From: Macrostomum lignano
Taxonomy: Eukaryota
Direction: 5' to 3'
Assembly (NCBI GenBank): GCA_002269645.1
Contig: NIVC01000500.1
Span: 1-64,000 of the forward strand
Length of the DNA: 64,000 nt
The notes under the pieces were generated by a model that worked only from the letters and a program-made list of their open reading frames with translations, did no database searches and had not been told where the DNA came from. Positions 55,548-64,000 of the stretch are shown here, in pieces. The translations under genes and the position numbers were made by a program. The stretch's first letter is position 1. Each line of letters starts with the position of its first letter.

Positions 55548-56520
55548 CGCCCTCCCTTAGAATCGCCCTCCATTAGAATCCTCCTCCATTAGAATCGCCC
55601 TCTATTAGAATCGCCCTCTCCGAGAATCGCCCTCCATTAGAATCGCCCTCCATTAGAATCGCCCTTCATTAGAACCGCCCTCCCTTAGAATCGCCCTCCA
55701 TCAGAATCACCCTCCATTAGAATCGCCCTTCATTAGAATCGCCCTCCGTTAGAATCGCCCTCCATTAAAATCGCCCTCCATTAGAATCGCCCTCCATTAG
55801 AATCGCCCTCCATTAGAATCCCCCTCCATTAGAATCCCCCTCCATTAGAATCGCCCTCCATTAGAATCGCCATCCCTTAGAATCCCCCTCCATTAGAATC
55901 GCCCTCCATTAGAATCGTCCTCCATTAGAATCATCCTCCATTAGAATCGCCCTCCATTAGAATCCCCCTCCATTAGAATCGCCCTCCATTAAAATCGCCC
56001 TCCAATAGTACCCCCTCCATTAGAATCGCCCTCCATTAGAATCGCCCTCCATTAGAATCGCCCTCCATTAGAATCACCCTCCATTAGAATCGCCCTCCCC
56101 TGGAATCGCCCTCTGCTAGAATTTCCCTCACCGAGAATCGCCTTCCTCAAGAATCGCCCTCCATTAGAATCACCCTCTATTAGAATCGCCCTCTCCGAGA
56201 ATCGCCCTCCATTAGAATCGCCCTCCATTAGAATCGCCCTCCATTAGAATCGTCCTCCATTAGAATCACCCTCTATTAGAATCGCCCTCCCCAAGAATCG
56301 CCTCACCCGAGAACCTCTCTTTCCGAGAATCGCCCTCGACTAGAATCGCCCTCTCCGAGAATCACCCTCCATTAGAATCACCCTCCATTAGAATCGTCCT
56401 CCATTAGAATCACCCTCTATTAGAATCGCCCTCCCCAAGAATCGCCCCACCCGAGAACCTCTCTTTCCGAGAATCGCCCTCCCCAAGAATCACCCTTTCC
56501 GAAAATCGCCCTCCCCTTAG
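55548..56520. repeat. 16-bp repeat (CATTAGAATCGCCCTC)
   Basis: Direct tandem units. Confidence 0.92.
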
Positions 56521-56618
56521 AATAGCTCCTAGATTCCCTAAAGCTCTACAAATACTTTAGCATCAAAAGAGAATGCCATTAATTCTAGAATCGCAATATT
56601 CTGAACGCGTTTTTTTAG

Positions 56619-57021
56619 ACAGCGAATCCACCACCGAGGCCTCAGTTTACCTCGTCCGACTGGACCTGCTCACGCCAGCCGGTGAGCTGGCCGACCCGGC
56701 CAACAGGGCGGCATTCCAACAAGAAGCTGCCAGACTTCGAACCGGCATCAACAGTCTGCCAGGCTTAGGCGATTGCGCCAAGTTCAACGCTACATTCTGG
56801 GCCAGAGGGGACTGTATCATCGATGGCAACGGGAGCTGTCCCTCGCCCGGCGATAATTCTCCAGCTTCAAGTCGCGGAAGCGAGATGGCAGCTATCGTAT
56901 CCGCTGTTGTCTTTGTATCCTTCGTTGCCTTCACGGCGCTTGCGGCTGTTGTTCTGGTCAAGCGGCAACGGGTGAAGGAGCAGCAACGGCAGCAGCAGCA
57001 GCAAGAGTGCACATCTGATGG
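56619..57021 (+). CDS. Receptor PTP-like protein exon 2 (ectodomain, transmembrane helix)
   Basis: TTTTTTAG|AC; TM MAAIVSAVVFVSFVAFTALAAVVLV followed by KRQR; GG|GTGAGA. Confidence 0.78.
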
Positions 57022-57094
57022 GTGAGAACGGTCTGAACGAATGTTAAAGTGCAAAAATCGAGGTGCTGAGAAAAAGATAAGATGAGAGTGTGGA

Positions 57095-57385
57095 AATGTT
57101 TTAGAATGGGGGTGTGGAAAGCTACGGTGTGAGGTGGGTGCTGGGAGGGGTAGAAATAGTTTAGAATGGGGGTGTGAAAGCTACGGCGTGAGGTGGGTGC
57201 TGGGAGGGGTAGAAATAGTTTAGAATGGGGGTGTGAAAGCTACGGCGTGAGGTGGGTGCTGGGAGGGGTAGAAACAGTTTAGAATGGGGTGTGGAAAGCT
57301 ACGGCGTGAGGTGGGTGCTAGGAGGGGTAGAAATAGTTTAGAATGAGGGTGTGGAAAGCTACGGCGTGAGGTGGGTGCCGGGAGG
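57095..57385. repeat. ~60-bp minisatellite in PTP-like intron 2
   Basis: GAAAGCTACGGCGTGAGGTGGGTGCTGGGAGGGGTAGAAA recurs about 5 times. Confidence 0.88.
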
Positions 57386-57504
57386 AGTAGAAAGGTTCCA
57401 AAAGAGGAGTTAGGATTTTTGCAGTTAGGAGGGAGTCTAGAGTCCGCTAAAGCAACAAAGATAAACAAACTAATTGTACTCATCACTCGTCGCATATTGG
57501 GCAG

Positions 57505-58555
57505 AGCCACACCTTGTGAGCCTCAGGTCCAACTGCGCAGGGACCAACAGCAGCAAGAGCAGCAGCCTAAGTCTGAGCCGACTGTCGAGCTGGAGCTTCA
57601 GTCGATGCAAGCACATACGGCTGCCAGCTGGATTGTCCGCCCGCCGCTGCCTGCGGGACCGCGGCTATCCAGCATGGGATGGCTGAATCTCGCCTACAAT
57701 CCCGACTACGATGATGGTGATTTCACAACGATGAAAGACGACGACGAAGTTAACGGTGCGCTGCCGTCGCGGGTGACGCGATTTCGCGCGGTAGGCGACG
57801 TCGACGAGGCCGAAGCTCGCCGACAGTTTAGTCGGCTCGGATCGCCAGCTGGTGGCAGCGATGCGGCGTCAGCAGCGACGGCGGCGGCATTCTACTGGGT
57901 CGGTGACGCCTCCAGCCAGCCTGGACAGACCGGGCTCTCTTTCGTGCTGGCGGACGCCTCCGGCCACGGCGACAACGATAACGAACGCTTCCTGGAGTTG
58001 CTCTGGGCTTGCGGCGGCGCCGCCGTGTCGCTGGACCCGGCCTTTGTCGGCTGGCTGGAAAGTCGATCGACAACTTCGACATCATCGTCAAGGTTCTACT
58101 TGACCGGCTGGGCGCGCAGCAGCTTCCCCTGCCACTCGGTGACCACGGCCACCATGCACTGCTTGGACAGCAACCTGAGCAAGCGCATCCGAGTGTGCCA
58201 GCTGGCCGGCGGCTTGAGCAGCAGCCCGGACAGTTCGCCAGCTTCCCCGGCCGAGTTTGTCCGGTTTGCGCACGCCTGCGCCGCCAACCAGCCGACGACA
58301 TCGGCGACGCCAACGGCCGCGATCGGGCGGGGACTCTCGGAGGCGAGCTTGCTGCCGCTGCTGCTGCTGGCAGCAAAGCGGACTCGACTAACGGACGCCG
58401 GAGGCGGAGGCGGAGTGGCGTCCTGCGACCTGCTCAGATTGGCGGCCGGACTCAGGCGGCAGTGCCCGCTGGCTGTGGCCAACGAGGCGCACTACCTGTT
58501 CGTGATGCGCTGCCTGCACGCCTACGCTTGCCTGTTGAAGAGAAATTCTATTTGA
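57505..58555 (+). CDS. Receptor PTP-like protein exon 3 (degenerate tyrosine phosphatase-like domain)
   Basis: GGCAG|A phase-compatible; C-terminal LRRQCPLAVANEAHYLFVMRCLHAY resembles PTP Q-loop helix; TAAIGRG and YLTGWARSSFP resemble degenerate P- and WPD-loops. Confidence 0.68.
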
Positions 58556-59650
58556 CGATTAATACAGACAGTGTAAGTGAATGTACGATGCACGTAGAAG
58601 TCTTACTGCCAGTATTAAGTCATCGCTCTCCGTGTACCTGTTTAAACTTCACTATTTTCGGGTAAGATGATGCTTTTCAACAGATGTCATTGGGTCATTT
58701 TCATAAAATAGCTAGTGCACTTACGTCCCGTGGTTATTTCATAAATAAAAATTTGTGTCATTAGTTTGTTTCTATAAATAGAAACTTACGTCACTAGGTT
58801 GTTTCTATATATAGCAACTTACGTGACTATAAAATTGTTTCTATAAATAGATCATAGCTGGTGGAGCGAAAGAAAGACCTGAAAAGTACCTTCCACACAA
58901 AGTAACTAACCCATAAAATAACTTATTTTTTAACAATTTTATCGCTCCATTATACGTATGAGTGCATCCCATTCTTTCCATCAGTGTGAATATGTTCTTC
59001 TACTTTATGATTACCTACCTGAGTTGCAAGCAAAAAAAATAGTAAATCACAGCTCTGAACTTTTCTGAATTTTGCTGCTTACTTTATATTGATTCGTACT
59101 GGCAATTTCATTGTTTTAATAACACGTGGAAACTCGTGAATAAAGTGAATAAACAATTCATTAATAAATCCATTTATCATATTTTTCATACCAAAATCTT
59201 ATTTATGCTGTACTTGCAAACAATCTTCATCAAAGCCAAAAGTAAATTCTGTTCTTGGACCAGCATGTATTTAATTAATAGGCAATAATTAAATATAGGG
59301 TCTCACAGTTTATGGACAAACAATAGTAATTATATATTAGCTTGTAAAGTTAAATAAGTTAATAGAAGTAGGGCACGATAAAAGGACAAGGCAGGACAAA
59401 ACTTTAATAGCTTTTTAGATTACATGCACGATAAATGTACAGTAATGTTAATAAATCCTTTCTAACATTCTCCTTAACTTCCCGACTCTGAAATAGTTGA
59501 TTTTTTGCTAAAAATTTCAAGTTAAAATTGAAGCATACATGTGAAAAATAATGTTTTTAACATGTAATTAACGAAATATAATAGTATTATAAAACATTTA
59601 CTTTTTTACTCTTTTCGTCATTTTGTTAAAACTCAGTTAAGTGTTGAAAT

Positions 59651-59815
59651 TCAGCAGCAGCCCTCGGTGTTGGAGGCCGCATCTTCAGCCGCGGCCCGGG
59701 CCCAAACCTTGCGGAACTCGTCAATGCCCAGCCGGTCAGCGCCCGCCAAATCGAATGCTCGACGAACTAGACTGTCGTCCAGGCTGATGCCGGCCGCCGA
59801 GAAGATGCCAGATAT
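59651..59815 (-). CDS. EFHB: EFHB last exon
   Basis: CTCGCAG|ATA; ISGIFSAAGISLDD...EFRKVW...EGCC*; not in ORF track. Confidence 0.85.
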   Translation of the reverse strand: MSGIFSAAGISLDDSLVRRAFDLAGADRLGIDEFRKVWARAAAEDAASNTEGCC

Positions 59816-59984
59816 CTGCGAGGTGGTTGCGCGGAAACAGAGGCAGAAATTGAAACTGAATGCTTAGCAGGTGTCTTCAAAGCTTCAAAGTTTCTCACAT
59901 TGCGAGCAAATTTCGAATTTGAAGTTAGTTTTGAAATCCTAAACTATTACTCTTAAGAGTAAAGAGTAAGGCTTTTCTATTCTC

Positions 59985-60575
59985 TCCTCTCTATTCTCTC
60001 GTGTCTCCCTCTCCTGTCTCTTGTCTCCTGTCTTCTCTCTCTCTTCTCTCATCTCTTCTCTCTCTTCTCTCCTATCTCCTGTCTCATGTCGCTTCTCTCC
60101 TGTCTCTTCTCTCCTCTCTCCTGTCTCTTCTCTCCTCTCTCCTGTCTCTTCTCTCATGTCTCTTCTCTCCTGTCTCTTCTCTCTTCTCTCCTCTCTCTTC
60201 TCTCCTCTCTGTTCTCTCCTCTCTCCTGTCTCTTCTCTCTTCTCTCCCCTCTCCTGTCTCTTCTCTCTTCTCTCCTCTCTTCTCTCCTCTCTTCTCTCCT
60301 CTTCTCCTGTCTCTTCTCTCGTTTCTCTTCTTTCCTGTCTCTTCTCTCTTCTCTCCTCTCTCCTGTCTCTTCTCTTCTCTCTCCTGTCTCTTCTCTCCTC
60401 TCTCCTGTCTCTTCTCTTCTCTCTCCTGTCTCTTCTCTCCTGTCTCTTCTCTCCTCTCTCCTCTCTCTTCTCTCTTCTCTCCTGTCTCTTCTCTCATGTC
60501 TTCTCTCTCTTCTCCATTCTCTTTTCTCTCTCCTGTCTTTTCTGTCTCCACTCTCTTCTCTCCTTTCTCTTCCAT
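59985..60575. repeat. CT-rich low-complexity repeat in EFHB intron
   Basis: Direct inspection. Confidence 0.9.
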
Positions 60576-60628
60576 CCAACCCCCATCCAATTCCGCCCAA
60601 TCAGGGAAACGCAATCGCTAAAACGGAC

Positions 60629-60951
60629 CTCCTCCGCCGATCTAGGCGCTTTGAGATCGTGCTCAAACACGCCGTGCGACGTGAAGATGCTCGGATTGAG
60701 GCAGGAGGCCGCGTCGCCCTCGTTGCCGTAGGCCCTCCGATCCGACACGCTGCGCACGGCCGGGGCCGGTAGGTCGGAGCGGATGGTGGCGCAGCCGTAG
60801 GTTCGAAACCTGGTTGGATCGTAGCGGCCAACAGCGGCCGAGTACATGCTGTTGGTAGTCTTGTGAGCCGAGATCGACTCGTCGATTTGGCGAGCGAGCC
60901 GCGCCTCGCTGTCTAGAGTTCGCTTGCCGTAGTCCGACTGGGAGCGGACGC
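60629..60951 (-). CDS. EFHB: EFHB exon
   Basis: ACTCAG|GC; RTYGCATIRSDLPAPAVRSVSDRRAYGNEGDAASCLNPSIF; GAG|GTCCGT. Confidence 0.9.
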
Positions 60952-61699
60952 CTGAGTAGGTCAAGGGTTGGGTGTGGGTCAGTAGTGGGTCAAAAATTAG
61001 AATACTAAAATTATATCTCCGCGACTCATTGACCCAATATTACCTAACAGGCTAATGTGTCTACGTGTCTGTGTGTCAATCATTTTGTTCTGAGAGGTTT
61101 ATTACTCTTAGTGACAATTGCAGCTAAAGTAGAGTGTACAATGCACAGCAATTCGAAGAGGCCTGGGATTCTCTTGACGGGAAATTAGTTTCCTCTTGTC
61201 AAAAGGCAACACGAAATGCTACACTCAATAATTCTAAGGCATTGCTGCATTGACACCGAGCTGATTACTTCCGCAGTTGTCTGTTCTCTTTTTGAGCTTA
61301 TTTGCTATGCAATTTGCGTCGATTCAAACAAAATAGAATCTGATCAGTGTTCTTAACGGGCAAATCTAGCCCTATAAGTCTAATCTAGCTGTACCAGGAC
61401 GAGATCTAATCTATTCATAGTAATTAGCAGAAACGAATGAGGAACGTACTGTTTCAAGATATTGAAACATGCACATTCTAATGCGAAAATTAAAGTCTTA
61501 TTTTACAATAAGACTGCTTCTACTTTACTGATAGTAACCAACTTGGAGCATTGAATTAGAAAATTACTTATTGCTGAGCTCGTGATAAAGATGCCGAGTT
61601 TACACTTCTAATTGGGCTGGCACTGATTTTACGCGTTTAAATGATGGAATCTCTCTCTTGGATGCTTCTTCAGAGGGGTAGAAGAGCTAGTCTTTTTAT

Positions 61700-61900
61700 A
61701 CTGAAATCACCACTCCAATGGGGGGTTGGCTATACTTAAATCACCCATCTAATGGGGGGGGGTTGGCTAGTCTTTATATACTAACATCACCACCCTAATG
61801 GAGGTTGGCTAATCTTTCTGTACTAAAATCACCACTTCAATGGGGGGTTGGCTAGTCTTCTATACTAAAATCACCACTCCAATTAAGGACGGGGGCTAGT
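61700..61900. repeat. ~44-bp degenerate repeat (AAATCACCACTCCAATGGGGGGTTGGCTA)
   Basis: About 4 units. Confidence 0.75.
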
Positions 61901-62060
61901 CAAATTCCATACCAAAGAAATCAACGATTGCAATTAATATATACTAGCTCAAGACCTGCATGTTGTTTATTCGAAAATTCCCATTTCTTTCTTTGTTGCC
62001 TCGGCCTCAACCGGGGCGCAGATTGCTAGCCTTTCCATACTAAAACCTCATCATACTCAC

Positions 62061-62452
62061 TAATATCTCTCCAGTTGAGGAAGTTGGCAAACTCCTGATA
62101 GTCGATTAGCCCATCGCCGTTGACGTCGCAGAAGTCGATAAGTTGTTCGAGCAGCGAGTCGTCCAGCGGAACGCTCATCTCTCGGCAGGCGGCGCGAATG
62201 TCGTCAGCGCTCAACTTGCCGGAGCCGGACTTGTCATAGAATCGGAACGCGTCTTCAAGATCTTTGAAGCGCTCGTAGTTCATAGTTTTCAGTTGGGTGC
62301 GCAGCGCGGCGACCAGAGCACGGCGCCGGTCCTCGCCGCGAAGGAAATGCTTGGGCGCCCGACCGTGCAACAGGTCGCCGACTCCGTAGGGATCGGGCTT
62401 GTGCAGGACGCCGAAAGTGTGGTCCGGCGGCACCTTCATCGTGTCCTTGATG
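62061..62452 (-). CDS. EFHB: EFHB exon with two EF hands
   Basis: GTGCAG|C; IKDTMKVPPDHTFG, AFRFYDKSGSGKLS, FCDVNGDGLIDYQEFANFLNW; A|GTGAGT. Confidence 0.93.
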
Positions 62453-62519
62453 CTGCACATAGGGAAGTTAAGAGAAACGCAGGTAGAGTTCATTTTTGAC
62501 GTACTTAGAGAACCATTTA

Positions 62520-62825
62520 TTGTGGAATATTTTTGGGATAAATATATACACATTTATATGAATATATGCGATCAATGGAATACTGATTAATGATCAATGG
62601 GATCAATAATCAGATCAATACGATCAATGGTATTTAAATACGAGCGTATATGCACATTTATATGAATATATGCGATCAATGGAATACTGATATATGACAT
62701 GAATAGTACTTGGTCTTAATCTAAATTTGAAATCCATTTGAATATGAGATGAATTTATGAATATGGGATCAATCTATGAATATGGGCTCAATTTATGAAT
62801 AGGGGATCAATTTATGAATATGGAA
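62520..62825. repeat. Degenerate ATGAATATGGGATCAAT repeat
   Basis: Reverse complement resembles 9172-10520 unit. Confidence 0.7.
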
Positions 62826-62830
62826 CTCAC

Positions 62831-63160
62831 GGATCCAGATTCTTGCCCAACTGAGGCTGAGTTCGCTCTCGAAAATCATCCAGCCGTTTGTCTACCAGAG
62901 CCTCCCGCCTGGCCGCCGCTTCGTCCCCTATCCAGCTCATGCACTTGCGCGTGCCGCCCCCGGTGTTGTCGTGCGGCGTCGGCTTGCCCAGCGTTTGGCG
63001 CCGCCGGCGTCTTTTAGTCGCCAATTGTAGCCGCGGCTGGCCTGTTCTCCGGCCAGCAGGGCCTTGTGCGACACCAGGTAGGTGTTCGCGTCGCTGGCCG
63101 CCTCCGTGGCCAGTTCGATTGGCGTGGCAGACGGGTTGAGCAGCTCGCCAGCTGAACCGA
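62831..63160 (-). CDS. EFHB: EFHB exon (apparent 1-bp frameshift near 62998-63001)
   Basis: GCCCAG|TC; AGELLNP...YLVSHK...GEQASRGYNW then shifted LGKPTPHDNTG...VDKRLDDFRERTQPQLGKNLDP|GTGAGT; 330 nt where phases need 331. Confidence 0.88.
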
Positions 63161-63184
63161 CTGGGCGCGTGGGTCGGTTTGGCG

Positions 63185-63480
63185 GGATTTTTTGATTTTG
63201 GGATATTTACTTTGGGATTCTGAGGATCTTATAGTAAGGGATTTTGAGGATTTATAGTATGGGATTTGAGGATTTATAGTATGGGATGTTGAGGATTTAT
63301 AGTATGGGATGTTGAGGATTTATAGTATGGGAGTTTGAGGATTTATAGTATGGGATTTTGAGGATCTTTAGTTTGGGATTTTGAGGATCTTTAGTTTGGA
63401 ATTTTCTCACCTTTACTTTCGGATTTTCGGGATCTGTACTTTGGGATTTTTGGGATCTTAGCTTTTGGAATTTGGGATTT
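63185..63480. repeat. GGGATTTTGAGGATTTATAGTAT-type repeat
   Basis: Degenerate tandem units. Confidence 0.82.
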
Positions 63481-63543
63481 TTGGCCCTATGACGTGGAAG
63501 TCTTAGTCCCAAGAGCGTTAATACACTTATACAGTTGACTCAC

Positions 63544-63737
63544 TCTTTTCCACAGTGATGCCGAACGTGGTGTTGTCTTTGTCCAGATTCTGCGGCAGCA
63601 GGCCCATCTCTCGGCCGTCGGGGCACCGGCCGAGCGGTCGCTTCTTGGCGTTCACCTGAGCGGCTTCAAGGCGGTCCATGAATCGCTGCTGGTAGAAGGT
63701 TAGCGGCGTCGGGTTCAGGACACCGCCCGCGCCCTCG
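63544..63737 (-). CDS. EFHB: EFHB exon (upstream exons outside window)
   Basis: CCGCAG|C; VLNPTPLTFYQQRF...KRPLGRCPD...LPQNLDKDNTTFGI; A|GTGAGT. Confidence 0.85.
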
Positions 63738-63774
63738 CTGCGGCGAGTTTTAGTTTGAAACAGAGTTTTAGTTG

Positions 63775-64000
63775 GGGTACGATAATCTTGTTTAATCAGG
63801 TGCGATAATAATGTCTAACTAGGTGCGATAATCCTGTTCAACTAGGTGCGATAATCATGTCTAACCAGGTGCGATAATCCTGTCTTGCGATAATCCTGTC
63901 TAACCAGGTGTGATAATCCCATCCAACCAGGAGCAATATTCCTATCTAATCAGGTGCGATAATCCAGTCTAATCAAGTGGATAATCCCGTCTAATCAGGT
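63775..64000. repeat. ~23-bp repeat (GGTGCGATAATCCTGTCTAACCA), runs off window
   Basis: Direct tandem units. Confidence 0.85.

Noticed and set aside
57828-58665. Overlapping 182- and 218-aa ORFs in the PTP-like exon, and antisense ORFs over WASP, mariner and EFHB
   Set aside because: Shadow frames of GC-rich coding sequence with no recognisable motifs.

Overview
Eukaryotic (invertebrate animal) genomic DNA, not prokaryotic. It has GC-rich exons with canonical GT-AG introns, and almost every intron is packed with a different micro- or minisatellite. That style resembles the flatworm Macrostomum, but this is an inference only. Five spliced protein genes were reconstructed by hand: (1) WASP (minus, 2 coding exons, 5057-7717); (2) muscleblind/MBNL (minus, coding exons from 35497 down to at least 14656, last exon uncertain); (3) a PPP1R16A/B (MYPT3/TIMAP)-type ankyrin PP1 regulator (plus, 7 exons, 42050-53286); (4) a single-pass receptor with a degenerate tyrosine-phosphatase-like domain (plus, 3 exons, 55162-58555); (5) EFHB/CFAP21 (minus, 5 exons seen, 5' part beyond the window). 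Mobile DNA comprises a near-intact DD34D mariner with an abnormal 80-bp flanking duplication, a fold-back mariner-derived MITE, and a TIR element carrying telomere-like TTAGGG repeats. A ~2.77-kb tandem duplication lies in a muscleblind intron. The best leads are inverted satellite arrays bracketing the two zinc-finger exons of muscleblind (a candidate circMbl-generating architecture), the receptor pseudophosphatase, the 80-bp mariner duplication, and satellites that look like amplified splice signals. Most long ORFs in the supplied track are artefacts of stop-free repeats.
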